A DNA stretch of 64,000 bases from an uncultured Acidobacteriota bacterium (GTDB lineage Bacteria > Actinomycetota > Acidimicrobiia > Spongiisociales > ZC4RG35). The DNA is taken from assembly GCA_963828465.1 (NCBI GenBank), contig CAWHEU010000022.1, positions 4,577 to 68,576 of the forward strand, in the 5' to 3' direction. This document shows positions 43,707 to 54,342 of this stretch, piece after piece. The notes beneath the pieces were generated by a model that saw nothing but the letters and a program-made list of their open reading frames with translations, was not told where the DNA came from and made no database searches. The stretch's first letter is position 1, and each line of letters opens with the position of its first letter. The position numbers and the translations under genes are program-made.

Positions 43707-46700
43707 GTGCTGCCTTCCGGTCTCGTCACCTTCGTCCTGACCGACATCGAGGGTTCGACACGACTCTTCCGCGAGCTCGGTGATGAGTACCCCAGACTGC
43801 TGGCAGACCATTACGAGCTGCTCCGCGCCGCGGTGACCGGCCATGGAGGCGCTGAGGTCGGGACCGAGGGCGACTCGCTGCTGATCGCATTTCCTGATGC
43901 GGCCGAGGCGGTCGCCGCTTGCCTCGAAGGTCAACTCGCACTGTCCGCCCATGTCTGGCCCCTCGGTGTAAAAGTCCAGGTGCGGATGGGAGTGCACACG
44001 GGAGAGGCGACACCGGTTGATGGCAACTACGTAGCCCTTCCGCTTCATCAAGTTGCCCGCATCTCTGCCGGAGCCCACGGTGGCCAGATCCTGGTCTCTC
44101 AGACCACTGCCACCAACATCGAAGGGAGGCTCCCGCCAGGCACACACCTGGCCGCCCTCGGGTCTTTCCAACTGCGAGGCTTCGCTACTCCGGAGCCCTT
44201 GTATCAGCTGCGGCACCCTGACCTCCAGGACGATTTTCCGCCGCTGCGCGCCATCGGGGTCCTTGCCCACAACCTGCCCTTCCGCCGCGCCAGCTTCGTC
44301 GGACGGGCCCAGGATCGGGCGACGCTGGCCGGGATGCTCGGCACGACGGGCCTGGTCACGGTCGTTGGCCCTGGTGGCGTCGGGAAGACACGGCTCGCCC
44401 TCCAGGTGGCCTTCGACGTGCTCGACGAGTTCGACGACGGAGTCTGGCTGGTCGAGCTGGCACCCTTAGCCGATCCTGTCTCTGTGCCCAGGGCAGTCGC
44501 CTCTGCCATGGGCATTGCCGAGGTTCCCGGCCAGAGCACTGAAGAGGCTCTGACTTCGGCTCTTGGGGGCAAGGCTGCCCTGCTCGTCCTGGACAACTGC
44601 GAACACCTCCTCGACGCCGTCGCCGGCCTCGCCCAGATGCTTTCAGAGCGCTGCCCCAACCTGGTGATTCTCTCCACGAGCAGAGAGCCGCTCGACATCG
44701 ACGGGGAGGTTGTCTGGCGGGTAGAGCCACTTCTCACCCTCGACCCCGATCAGACGGTCGGCATCGCCGAGCTGAAGGCGTCGGACGCCGTGCAGCTGTT
44801 CACCGAAAGAGCCGCCTCGGTTCGACCCGGATTCGAGCTCACCGAGGACAACGCCGGCGATGTCGCGAGGATCGTCTTTCATCTGAGCGGCATGCCGCTG
44901 GCGATCGAGTTGGCCGCAGCCGCCCTGGCCGATCGGTCGTTGAGCGGTGTGCTCAGCGGGCTCGAAGACCGGTTCTCGCTGTTGGTCCGGGGACGGCGGA
45001 CCGCCCCCACCCGTCATCAGACGCTTCGCGCCGCGATCGAGTGGAGCCTCGACCTGTTGGAGCCATCCGAGCGACTCCTGTTCGACCGGCTTTCGGTATT
45101 CGCCGGCAGCGGGACCAATGCTGCCGCCGGTGAGGTCTGCGCCGGTGGCGCAGTGGAGGGCAGCGAAGTCTCCGAGATCATGGGTCGTCTGGTCAGGGCA
45201 TCGCTGGTCTCGATCGAGTCGGAATCACCCGATCGTTGGACCATGCTCGAGTCGATTCGCGAATTGGGTGTGCTGGAGCTGGCCGAGTCGGGTGGAACGG
45301 AAGAGTTCTCCCGTCGACACCGGACCTGGGCTGTAGGGCGCGTCGAGGCGGTCGAGGATCGAATCGGCCGAAAAGGGCAGGAGGCCGTCTTGGCCGAGCT
45401 GGCCGACGAACGCGACAACATCCGGCGGGCCATCGAAAACGCGCTCTCGGCCCACGACACGGAGATCGGGTTGCGGATATGCACCGCCATGACCCGCTAT
45501 TGGACGTCGCACGGAGACTGGACCGAGGGATCAGAGCAGCTCGGCAACGTGCTGGCTCTGAGCGGGGGCGACCCGGGACTTCGTGGTCGTGCGCTGGTCG
45601 CTCTGGGCAGCCTCCTTCAACTCAGGGGGGAGCTCGAGGAGGCCGACAAGCGGTTTGGGGAGGCAAGAGAGTTGGCCACCGCTACGGGCGACGACGTCAA
45701 CCTGGCTCGTGCTCTTTTGTATGCGGGTTATGTCGCATTCCGACACTCCCACCTATCGGAGGCCCAGGGTCTTTGGGAGGAGGCTCTAGCCCGCGCTCGC
45801 AGCGGCGGAGACCAGCGCGTGGAGGCCAGTGTCCTCAGAAGTCTCGCCATCGTCGCCGGCACCGAAGGGCGCCAGGACCTCGCAGGCGAACTGTTGGACC
45901 AGGCCATCGGGTTGGCCCAAGCTTCAGGAGACGACCAGCTGCTCCGCCTCCTGCTCGGCTCCTCGGCCGAGATGAACATCTGGCTGGGTCGTTATCAGGT
46001 GGCAGAAAGGGCCTACGGAGACGCTCTATCCCTTGCCGCAGAGATCGGCGATTTCTCGGCCCGCCCACTTTTGCTCGCTGAGTTGGGCTGGGTGGCGATC
46101 CTGCGTGGGGATCCACTCACAGCGCAGCGCCTCTCCATCGAAGCGGTCGAGTTCGCCGAAGACCTGGGAACACCCAGGGTGCTCACCCATGCCCTTCGTC
46201 TGGGCGGAGAGGCCATGATGCGTCTCGGAGACCTGGCCGCCGCGTCCGAGACTCTCGACCGTGCCCTCGCCGTCGCCGAGAGCCTCAACGCTCCCGCCGA
46301 GTTGGCCGGCGTGCGCTGCTCACAGGCGTGCCTGGCCTTGGAGCTCCAGGATTGGGAACTGGCTCGAGTCCACGCCGGAGAGGCGATCGAGACTTCGGGC
46401 TTGGCCCACACGATGCGCCGGACCACCCCGCAGTGGGTTTTGGGGATGGTCAGCCTGCTCGAAGGCGACCTCGGGTCCGCGGGACGACAGTTCCAGGAGG
46501 CCCTCGCCGCGGCGGTAGAGCGGGGCGCACTCCGTCACGAGGCCACCTTCAGCTTGGGTCTGGCCGCGGTAAACACTGCACAGGGGCGAACCACCGAGGC
46601 GGCGAGCCTCTGCAGGCGCGCCCTCGACCTGTGGCAAAGCCTCGGCGACCCGCTTGGCGTGGTCGAGTGCCTGGTCGTGTTGGCGCAGCTCGCGGCGACA

Positions 46701-46928
46701 ACAGAGCCCGAAGGTGCTGCGGAGTTGCTTGATGCGGCCGGGTCGCTTCGGGATCATGCCGGGGCCAAGGCGACACCTCGTGAAGCGGCGCAGGTGGCAG
46801 CCATATCAGGCTCGCTTGGGCAGGTTCTCGCCTCCGAGGGCCTCGAGGCGGCAGCGAAGATGGGTCAAGCAGATGCGGTCGCCGCAGCCGGACGGATCAT
46901 CTCGATGATCGAGACCGGAAATCAATAG
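43707..46928 (+). CDS. class III adenylate cyclase – NB-ARC/AAA ATPase – TPR STAND-family protein (paralog 2, intact, 1073 aa)
   Basis: GLVTFVLTDIEGSTRLF…GDSLLIAF (cyclase). VTVVGPGGVGKTRLA (P-loop). LLVLDNCEHLL (Walker B). Long TPR C-terminus. GTG start. Confidence 0.9.
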   Translation: MLPSGLVTFVLTDIEGSTRLFRELGDEYPRLLADHYELLRAAVTGHGGAEVGTEGDSLLIAFPDAAEAVAACLEGQLALSAHVWPLGVKVQVRMGVHTGEATPVDGNYVALPLHQVARISAGAHGGQILVSQTTATNIEGRLPPGTHLAALGSFQLRGFATPEPLYQLRHPDLQDDFPPLRAIGVLAHNLPFRRASFVGRAQDRATLAGMLGTTGLVTVVGPGGVGKTRLALQVAFDVLDEFDDGVWLVELAPLADPVSVPRAVASAMGIAEVPGQSTEEALTSALGGKAALLVLDNCEHLLDAVAGLAQMLSERCPNLVILSTSREPLDIDGEVVWRVEPLLTLDPDQTVGIAELKASDAVQLFTERAASVRPGFELTEDNAGDVARIVFHLSGMPLAIELAAAALADRSLSGVLSGLEDRFSLLVRGRRTAPTRHQTLRAAIEWSLDLLEPSERLLFDRLSVFAGSGTNAAAGEVCAGGAVEGSEVSEIMGRLVRASLVSIESESPDRWTMLESIRELGVLELAESGGTEEFSRRHRTWAVGRVEAVEDRIGRKGQEAVLAELADERDNIRRAIENALSAHDTEIGLRICTAMTRYWTSHGDWTEGSEQLGNVLALSGGDPGLRGRALVALGSLLQLRGELEEADKRFGEARELATATGDDVNLARALLYAGYVAFRHSHLSEAQGLWEEALARARSGGDQRVEASVLRSLAIVAGTEGRQDLAGELLDQAIGLAQASGDDQLLRLLLGSSAEMNIWLGRYQVAERAYGDALSLAAEIGDFSARPLLLAELGWVAILRGDPLTAQRLSIEAVEFAEDLGTPRVLTHALRLGGEAMMRLGDLAAASETLDRALAVAESLNAPAELAGVRCSQACLALELQDWELARVHAGEAIETSGLAHTMRRTTPQWVLGMVSLLEGDLGSAGRQFQEALAAAVERGALRHEATFSLGLAAVNTAQGRTTEAASLCRRALDLWQSLGDPLGVVECLVVLAQLAATTEPEGAAELLDAAGSLRDHAGAKATPREAAQVAAISGSLGQVLASEGLEAAAKMGQADAVAAAGRIISMIETGNQ

Positions 46929-46942
46929 GAAAGGAACACAGC

Positions 46943-47749
46943 ATGGGATGGCTCGATGGTGAGGTGGCAGTGATCACCGGCGCCGGGTCGGGGCTGGGAC
47001 GGGCCCTGGTGGATCGTTTCGTTGCAGAAGGAGCCCGGGTCGTCGCCGTCGACCGCGCCGAGGACCGGGTGGCCGAGGTCGAGAAAGCCCACGGGGAAGA
47101 GGTTGCAGGAGTCGTTGCCGACGTGACCAGCGCCGAGGACAACGAACGTGCCGTGGCCCAGGGCCTGGCCCGCTTTGGCCAGATCGATGTCTTCATCGGG
47201 AACGCTGGGATGTTCGACTTTGGTGCCAGCTTCGTCGACACTCCCATCGATCGACTGGAAGAGGGCTTCGACGAGTTGTTCGCCCTCAACGTCAAGGGTT
47301 ACCTGCTCGGAGTGAAAGCGTCGGTCAATGCCCTGTTGGAGAGCGGTGGCTCGGTCCTGCTCACCGCGTCGATGTCCTCATGGCACGCCGGGGTGGGAGG
47401 TGTGGTCTATACGGCCTCGAAGCACGCCGTCGTCGGGTTGGTCCGCCAACTGGCCCACGAGCTGGCGCCAAAAGTGCGGGTCAACGGTGTGGCGCCCGGC
47501 TTCATGCGCACCGACATCCGTGGCCCCAAGGCACTGGGCCTCGGTGATGTCACCCCCTCATCCCTTCCCGATCTGGAACAGATCGCCGTCGCCACCACGC
47601 CTCTCAGATTCCTGCCCCGGCCGGAGGACTACACCGGTCATTTCGTTCAGCTCGCGTCGCGCAGCAACGCCCCAGCCACCACCGGAACCGTTGTCGCATG
47701 CGACGGCGGGCTCGACGTGCGGGGAATCGGGCTGCCCCAACCTGGGTGA
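46943..47749 (+). CDS. SDR family oxidoreductase (cis-dihydrodiol/3-hydroxyacyl dehydrogenase-like)
   Basis: VAVITGAGSGLGRA (TGxxxGxG), NAG, YTASKHAV (YxxxK). Confidence 0.9.
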   Translation: MGWLDGEVAVITGAGSGLGRALVDRFVAEGARVVAVDRAEDRVAEVEKAHGEEVAGVVADVTSAEDNERAVAQGLARFGQIDVFIGNAGMFDFGASFVDTPIDRLEEGFDELFALNVKGYLLGVKASVNALLESGGSVLLTASMSSWHAGVGGVVYTASKHAVVGLVRQLAHELAPKVRVNGVAPGFMRTDIRGPKALGLGDVTPSSLPDLEQIAVATTPLRFLPRPEDYTGHFVQLASRSNAPATTGTVVACDGGLDVRGIGLPQPG

Positions 47750-47815
47750 CCCAGCCCGCGGCTTCAAAAGTGAGTCCACCTACGCTTCGGGCATTCCGGC
47801 GCGAGGGAGTGATAG

Positions 47816-48776
47816 ATGGATCACCCGACGACCCTGGGTCGCAGCAGCCTGAGAGTTCCCCGCCTCGGCGTCGGGGCTATGACGTGGGGCGAGCCACGAG
47901 GGCTGGCACGTTTCCACCCGGCGCAGATGGCCTATGGGGGCGCCCACGGGTACGAGGAGGAGGAACGCGCCCTCGAGGCGAGTCTGGAGGCGGGTGTCGA
48001 CTTGGTCGATACCGCTGCCTTCTACAGCGGGGGAGCCTCGGAGCTGCGAGTTGGCAAGCTGGCGCAGGGCAAAGACGTGCTGATCGCCAGCAAATTCCCG
48101 TCCGGGATCCGGTTCAAGGCCGATGACTTCCCGGGAGAGTTGGAGGCGAGCCTGACCAGGCTGGGGCGCACAAACCTCGACCTGTACCAGCATCACTTCC
48201 CGGGACGGGTGTCGATACCGGATTTGATGAACCACATGGCGGATGCTGTTGAAGCAGGGAAGGTGACGGCGGTAGGAGTCAGCAACTACTCGGCGGACCA
48301 GATGCGCCAGGCCCACGCCGCGCTCGCCGATCGGGGAGTACCGCTTGCATCCAATCAGGTCGAGTACTCACTTTTGCATCGACAACCGGAGACCAACGGT
48401 GTTCTCGACGCCTGCCGTGAGTTGGGTGTCACTCTCATCGCCTATACCCCACTCGCTGGGGGAATGCTGACAGGGAAGTACTCGGCCGAGAATCGTCCCA
48501 CCGGGTTCTACCGACGTGTCCTGCCCCGGTATCGCCGCAAAGCGCTGGACGCCATACAACCCGTGGTTTCCGCTCCTCCGCGAGATCGGTGATCGACATT
48601 CGAAGACCCCGAGTCAGGTGGCCATTCGCTGGCTCATCGAGGACCCGATCGTGCTGCCCATACCTGGCGCCAAGAACGGCAAGCAGGCAACAGATAACGC
48701 GGCCGCCCTCGGCTTCTCGTTGGCGGCCGACGAAGTCGCCGCCTTGAGCGATGCAACCCGAGCATGGAGGGCCTGA
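47816..48776 (+). CDS. aldo/keto reductase; frameshift near 48550-48565
   Basis: The AKR core (…LVDTAAFYSGG…, …LIAYTPLAGG…) is in the 47816 frame. The C-terminus (LREIGDRHSKTPSQVAIRWLIEDPIVLPIPGAKN) is in the 48516 frame. Confidence 0.8.
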
Positions 48777-48811
48777 GTCCCCGCTGGAAGCCGGAGATGT
48801 AGCTTCCGTCG

Positions 48812-50482
48812 GTGTCGAGGACTCGTCTGTGGGAGCGTCTCAGTGGTGTGGGCGACGAGATGGTCTCTTCCATCCGTCACCTTGTCGAGGCGCTCCGTGT
48901 CAGGGACATGCGGCGGGTGCTCGCTGCGTACCTCGGCTTCAGCGTGGCCGAGATGGCGAACTTCATCGCCATCCTCATCTACGCCTACGAAGTGGGTGGC
49001 GCCTCGGCTCTCGGCCTGGTCGCGTTCCTCCAGCTCGCCCCGGCCACCGTGTTCGCCCCCGTTGGCGCCACCCTCGGAGACCGCTACCGCCGCGAGCTCA
49101 TGCTCATCGTGGCGTACGCGGTCTTTGCCGCCTCCTCGGCCTCGATGGCGATCGCGCTCTACGCCGATTGGCCAGTGGGCGTGATCTACTTCCTCGCCGC
49201 GGTCAACGGCACGGTTCTGACCCTGGTGCGACCGTTTCACGAGTCCCTCCTCCCCGCCCTCGCCCGGAGCACGGAGCAACTGACGGCGGGGTATGTCGCC
49301 GGCGGAACAATCGAAAACCTGGGCTGGATCGCCGGGCCTCTTCTGGCCGGCGTCACCGCGGCTGCCTGGGGAATAGGCACCACCTTCGTCATCACGACGG
49401 CGCTTCTACTCGTCGGCACGATCTTGGTCTGGAGTGTTCAGACCACCACGGCAGCCGACCGTGGCACCGGCCAGAGCGCAATTCAGATGACATTGGAGGG
49501 GTTCGGCGCCTTCCGCGGCCCCCGCCCCAGGGTCATCCTCCTCTCCTCGACCAGCGTCTTCTTCCTAGCCGGTGTTCTCGAGGTCGCCACCATCGTCCTC
49601 GCCTTCGAAGTGTTCGCCACGGAAGATTCCGGGGCTGCCTGGCTCAATGCCGCTATCGGTATTGGTGCCGCAGCAGGCTCGGTCCTTGCGATCGTTCTGA
49701 TCGGAAAGAGACACCTCGCTCCATCGATGCGGCGGGGACTGCTACTCATCGCTGTATCCGTGTCTTTGATCCCGATCTTTGGATCGCAGGCAGTCGCCCT
49801 TGTCGCTTTGGCCGTCATGGGCGCCGGCTGGACCTTCGTCGATGTGTCGGGTCGGATCATGCTGCAACGGGTCATCCCGCTCGGCGGTCTCTCCCGGGCG
49901 TTTGGGGTCGTGGAAGGAACCTCCACCGCCGCCGAGGCGTTCGGCTCGGTAGCGGGGGCGATCCTCATCGGCTGGTTGGGCGTCGGGTGGACGCTGGTCG
50001 TCGCCAGTCTGCTCATCATCCTTGTCGTCCTGGTCAACCGCGGGGCGCTCCAGGAGGCGGACGTTGGGGTGATAGTCCCCATCGAGCACCTCCACTTGTT
50101 GAGGTCGACGCCGATGTTCGCCGCATTAGGCCCGGCCGAGTTGGAGCGCCTGGCATTGACCATCGATGAGGAATCGGTCGGCCCGGGCTCTGCCGTCTGT
50201 GTGCAGGGGGAGCCGGGGGAACACTTCTACTTCGTGGAGCGGGGGACGGCCCGGGTCGTACGTGACGGCACAGATGTCGCAACCCTGGCGACCGGGGACT
50301 TCTTCGGGGAGATTGCCTTGTTGCGGGACATCCCCCGAACCGCCACCGTCGAGGCCGTGAGCGACCTGGATCTATTGGTCCTCGAAAGGGGGCCGTTCCT
50401 AGACGCGATCAAGTCGTCGGCGTGCCAGATCGAAGCCGCCCAAGCGGTATCCCAGACTCGCATGGACGAGTTGGGAATGTGA
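48812..50482 (+). CDS. MFS transporter fused to a C-terminal cyclic-nucleotide-binding (CAP-effector) domain
   Basis: 12 TM MFS body. The C-terminus has GDFFGEIALLRDIPRTATVEAV, the canonical cNMP-binding motif. Confidence 0.85.
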   Translation: MSRTRLWERLSGVGDEMVSSIRHLVEALRVRDMRRVLAAYLGFSVAEMANFIAILIYAYEVGGASALGLVAFLQLAPATVFAPVGATLGDRYRRELMLIVAYAVFAASSASMAIALYADWPVGVIYFLAAVNGTVLTLVRPFHESLLPALARSTEQLTAGYVAGGTIENLGWIAGPLLAGVTAAAWGIGTTFVITTALLLVGTILVWSVQTTTAADRGTGQSAIQMTLEGFGAFRGPRPRVILLSSTSVFFLAGVLEVATIVLAFEVFATEDSGAAWLNAAIGIGAAAGSVLAIVLIGKRHLAPSMRRGLLLIAVSVSLIPIFGSQAVALVALAVMGAGWTFVDVSGRIMLQRVIPLGGLSRAFGVVEGTSTAAEAFGSVAGAILIGWLGVGWTLVVASLLIILVVLVNRGALQEADVGVIVPIEHLHLLRSTPMFAALGPAELERLALTIDEESVGPGSAVCVQGEPGEHFYFVERGTARVVRDGTDVATLATGDFFGEIALLRDIPRTATVEAVSDLDLLVLERGPFLDAIKSSACQIEAAQAVSQTRMDELGM

Positions 50483-50570
50483 AGAATCCTCGATGGACGA
50501 CGCCAACAGCATGGCGGGTCCGTTCTTCGCTATGTTCCGGCATGCACCCGGAGCGAGGAGGAGAAGAACA

Positions 50571-50822
50571 GTGCCCACATTCATGGACGTCCACAATATG
50601 GACGGGGGAGTATCCGCGGCAGATGTTGCCGGGGCTCACCAGGCGGATCTGGCCCACCAGGATCAGTACGGCGTCAATTACAAGAGCTACTGGGTGGACG
50701 AGTCCAACGGCAAGATCTTCTGCCTCGTCGACGCTCCAGACTCCGAGACTGCGGTGAAGGTGCACCGGGAGGCGCACGGTCTGGTCGCCGACGAGATCTA
50801 CGAGGTCGTCGAAGGGTCTTGA
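50571..50822 (+). CDS. DUF4242-family small protein
   Basis: VPTFMDVHNMDGGVSAADVAGAHQADL…YWVDESNGKIFCLVDAPD. RBS GAGGAGGAG precedes the GTG at 50571. The ORF is open from 50493. Confidence 0.6.
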   Translation: MPTFMDVHNMDGGVSAADVAGAHQADLAHQDQYGVNYKSYWVDESNGKIFCLVDAPDSETAVKVHREAHGLVADEIYEVVEGS

Positions 50823-50880
50823 TGCGGCGCCTGACAGTGCGCAGGCCCGTCTGAAAGCAGCTCCCACGTAGGGTCTTGGG

Positions 50881-52458
50881 ATGGCGGATGTCGCCCTCCC
50901 AAACTCGAGCGGGGTTCGAACCGCTGAGATCATCGCCGCGATCTCGATGGCGACAGACCTGGCCGTCGGCTTCCCGCTGGAGCATGGTTTACGAAGCTCC
51001 GTGATCGCTACGCGCCTATGCGATCGTCTGGGGGTCGACCGGGAGACCGCGTCGCAGGCGTACTTCCTCAGCCTCCTCTTCTACGTTGGCTGCAATGCCC
51101 CGGCCGAGGTGGGCTGGGACGTGTTTGGCGACGACGACTCGCTCACCACATACGCCAGTCCATTCCGATTTGGCAGCCGGGCGGAGATGGCCAAAGGAAT
51201 GATGCGGGCGGTGGCACCGCCAACCGCACCGGCTCATGTCCGTGTCTGGCGTGTCAGTCGCCACCTGCCGGAGTTGGCCATCGGGTTTGCCGGGGTGGTC
51301 GACGCCACCTGCGAGGTCGCGCGGATGCTCACGGACGAGCTGGGCCTGGGGTCACCTGTCTCCAACCTCGTGGCTTTCGAGTCGGCGCGTTGGGATGGCA
51401 AGGGGTTTCCGGGCGGGGTCGGCGGAGACGAGATCCCACTTGCGGTGCGGATAGCCCACGTCGCCCGGGACGCCGCATTTCAGCTCATTCTGGGTGACGT
51501 CGAGTTCGTTTCCGATGTGATCGGCCAGCGGTCCGCCCAGGCGTTCGACCCGATAGTCGCCAGGACTTTCATACAGGACGCGGCCGAGATCGTCGAGATC
51601 GAATCAGAGCTCCCGCTCTGGGACCTGGCGCTCGGCTGCGAGCCCAAACCCTGGTCGTTGCTCGACGGAGAGGCGATCGACCGAGCGCTGGCCGCGATGG
51701 GTCACTTCACCGATATGGCCATTCCCGAATTCGTGGGGCACTCCTCTGGAGTGGCGACTGCGTGCCTGGCTGCGGCCCAGGTGCTTTCGTTCGACTCAGC
51801 GGACACTCTGACCGTTCATCGTGCGGCGTTGGTGCACGACCTGGGACGGGCCGCGGTTCCGGTCCGCATCTGGAGCAAGAGAAAGTCGTTGACGCTGGAC
51901 GACTGGGAGCGAATACGGCTGCACGCCTACCACACCGAGCGGATCCTGACCCAGTCTCCTTTCCTCTCAGACCTGGTTCCGGTCGCCGGGTTTCACCATG
52001 AACGCGTCGACGGAACGGGTTATCACCGTGGTGTCGGGGCGTCGTCCATGGAGCGACCGGCCCGTGTCCTTGCCGCTGCCGACGCCTATCACGCCATGAC
52101 CGAGCCCCGACCGCATCGGCCTGCCCTTTCGCGCGGAGCGGCGGCGGAGGTGCTCACTGGAGAGGCCAAAGCCGGGCGCCTCGATCCGGAAGCGGTCGCC
52201 GCTGTGCTGGAGGGCGGCGGGCATAGCGCTGCTTCGGTGCCCTGGCCTGCCGGCTTGACCGAGCGCGAGATCCAGGTGGTGAGGCACCTCGCACGGGGTC
52301 TTCAGACCAAGCAGATCGCCCGGGCCCTCGAGATATCGCCGAAGACCGTCGACTTTCACATTCAAAGCGCCTATCGCAAGATGGGCGTATCGACCCGGGC
52401 CGGCGCCACCCTGTTCGCCATGCAGCACGGACTCACCACCTGGGAGAACTCCCGATAG
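50881..52458 (+). CDS. HD-GYP-like phosphohydrolase domain protein with a C-terminal LuxR-type HTH
   Basis: HDLGRAAVP… and GFHHERVDGTGYHRG fit HD-GYP with P→H in GYP. The C-terminus LTEREIQVVRHLARGLQTKQIARALEISPKTVDFHIQSAYRKMGV is a LuxR/GerE HTH. Confidence 0.8.
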   Translation: MADVALPNSSGVRTAEIIAAISMATDLAVGFPLEHGLRSSVIATRLCDRLGVDRETASQAYFLSLLFYVGCNAPAEVGWDVFGDDDSLTTYASPFRFGSRAEMAKGMMRAVAPPTAPAHVRVWRVSRHLPELAIGFAGVVDATCEVARMLTDELGLGSPVSNLVAFESARWDGKGFPGGVGGDEIPLAVRIAHVARDAAFQLILGDVEFVSDVIGQRSAQAFDPIVARTFIQDAAEIVEIESELPLWDLALGCEPKPWSLLDGEAIDRALAAMGHFTDMAIPEFVGHSSGVATACLAAAQVLSFDSADTLTVHRAALVHDLGRAAVPVRIWSKRKSLTLDDWERIRLHAYHTERILTQSPFLSDLVPVAGFHHERVDGTGYHRGVGASSMERPARVLAAADAYHAMTEPRPHRPALSRGAAAEVLTGEAKAGRLDPEAVAAVLEGGGHSAASVPWPAGLTEREIQVVRHLARGLQTKQIARALEISPKTVDFHIQSAYRKMGVSTRAGATLFAMQHGLTTWENSR

Positions 52459-52499
52459 GCGACGATCGCCGATTCTCATACCTTGGTCACGAGACCGAG

Positions 52500-53606
52500 A
52501 TGAGCGAGCACATCGACACAATCGTCATCGGTGGCGGTCAGGCGGGTCTAGCCGTCGGCTATCACCTCCACCGCAATGGCATGCCGTTCCTGATCCTGGA
52601 TGAGAACCCCCGAATAGGGGACGTCTGGCGGAACAGGTGGGACTCCCTCCGGCTATTCACCCCCGCCGCATATAGCGGGCTGCCGGGCATGCCCTTCCCA
52701 GGCCCCCGATCTGCTTACCCCACCAAGGATGAGACCGCCGCCTATTTCGAGGCGTACGCCGAAAGATTCGGGCTCCCGGTTCGAACAGGGGTCAGGGTGG
52801 ACCGGCTCTCTGGGAGCGGCGATGGCTTCGTGGTGTCTGCCGGAACTGACCAACTTCATGCCCAAAACGTCGTGGTGGCGACCGGTGCCTATCAGCAACC
52901 GCACATCCCATCCTTCTCGACGCAGCTCGACAACACCATCCTCCAGCTCCATTCGACCGAGTACCACAATCCCGACCAGCTGCGTGAGGGTGGAGTCCTC
53001 GTCGTCGGAGCCGGCAACTCGGGTGCCGAGATTGCTCTCGATATCGCCAGTCACCACCGGGTTTGGCTCTCCGGCCCGGATCCCGGACAGGAGCCCACCC
53101 GCGCCGGGACCATCCCCGACCGGTTGTTGACCCCGATTCTGTGGTTGGCCGCAACCCGGCTGACGGTGAGGACCGCACCCGGACGAAAGCTCCGCGACCG
53201 CTTCATCGATCCCCCCCGTGGCATTCCGCTGGGGCGGGTACGACGGAAGGACATCATCGCCGCCGGGATCGAACGAGTGCCCCGGACCGTCGGAGTGAGC
53301 AATGGCCACCCCGTGCTCGAGGATGGAACGGTGCTCGAAGTATCGAACGTCATCTGGTGCACCGGATTCACACATGACTACGGCTGGATCGACCCCCCAA
53401 TCGCGACGGACAAGGGCTTCCCGATTCACAACCGGGGTATCGTCGAGTCCCGTCCCGGTCTGTACTTCATCGGGCTCCGCTTCCTCTACTCGCTGAGCTC
53501 GGCTCTCCTGGGCGGTGTGGGACGGGACGCTGAATACATCGTCGATCACATCGTTGCCACGCGGCAGGGGAGAAAGGATTTGAGTGACCAGCGAGCGCAG
53601 CGGTGA
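52500..53606 (+). CDS. flavin-containing monooxygenase / NAD(P)-binding FAD-dependent oxidoreductase
   Basis: IVIGGGQAGLAVG (FAD GxGxxG), VLVVGAGNSGAEIA (NADPH GxGxxG), and the C-terminus …WCTGF…. Confidence 0.85.
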   Translation: MSEHIDTIVIGGGQAGLAVGYHLHRNGMPFLILDENPRIGDVWRNRWDSLRLFTPAAYSGLPGMPFPGPRSAYPTKDETAAYFEAYAERFGLPVRTGVRVDRLSGSGDGFVVSAGTDQLHAQNVVVATGAYQQPHIPSFSTQLDNTILQLHSTEYHNPDQLREGGVLVVGAGNSGAEIALDIASHHRVWLSGPDPGQEPTRAGTIPDRLLTPILWLAATRLTVRTAPGRKLRDRFIDPPRGIPLGRVRRKDIIAAGIERVPRTVGVSNGHPVLEDGTVLEVSNVIWCTGFTHDYGWIDPPIATDKGFPIHNRGIVESRPGLYFIGLRFLYSLSSALLGGVGRDAEYIVDHIVATRQGRKDLSDQRAQR

Positions 53607-54252
53607 GAGCTCTCTGCCGCCAGCACGGAAGCGAGCGAAAGACATCGAGCGCAAACGTCGCATCTACGCCGACGAAGCCCCCACCTATGACGATGAGATG
53701 GATTTCTTCGAGAGGCGGATCACGGGGACGGAGCATCGCGGTTGGGCATGCTCACGAGCGAACGGAGCCACGCTCGAGGTTGCCATTGGCACCGGTCTAA
53801 ATCTTCCCCACTATCCGACTGGTCTGAACCTGACAGGAATCGATCTGAGCCCCGAAATGCTCGACGTGGCACGCGCCAGAGCCCAACACTTGGGTCGAGC
53901 AGTCGAGTTGCTCGAGGCAGACGCTCAGAACCTGCCATTTCCGAACAACTCAGTCGACACCGTGGTGTGCACTTACGCGCTGTGCAGCGTCCCCGACGAC
54001 GCCCGGGTCGTCAGCGAGATGAGGCGCGTCCTCAAACGAGGTGGCCGTCTCATCCTCGTGGACCATGTCCGCAGCACATCCCCACCACTGTTCTGGCTGC
54101 AGTGGTTGTACGAATTCATCCCGAGGCGGACAAAGGGCGAGTTCATGACACGTCAACCAGCCCAACATGTCATAACGACGGATTTCGAGATCGTGGACCA
54201 CGATCGTCTTCGAGTTGGAATTGTCGAGCGACTGATGGCGGTCAAGCGGTAG
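53584..54252 (+). CDS. class I SAM-dependent methyltransferase
   Basis: LEVAIGTGLNL (motif I GxGxG), …VDTVVCTYAL…, …LKRGGRLILVDH…. Confidence 0.85.
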   Translation: MTSERSGESSLPPARKRAKDIERKRRIYADEAPTYDDEMDFFERRITGTEHRGWACSRANGATLEVAIGTGLNLPHYPTGLNLTGIDLSPEMLDVARARAQHLGRAVELLEADAQNLPFPNNSVDTVVCTYALCSVPDDARVVSEMRRVLKRGGRLILVDHVRSTSPPLFWLQWLYEFIPRRTKGEFMTRQPAQHVITTDFEIVDHDRLRVGIVERLMAVKR

Positions 54253-54342
54253 TCGGTAGCGGCCCGTGCGACTTTGCTCGCGAACTATCTGCACGTGTGG
54301 CCGACCCTCCCCATCAGGCTTCGGTGTTTCCCAAGTGGATGC

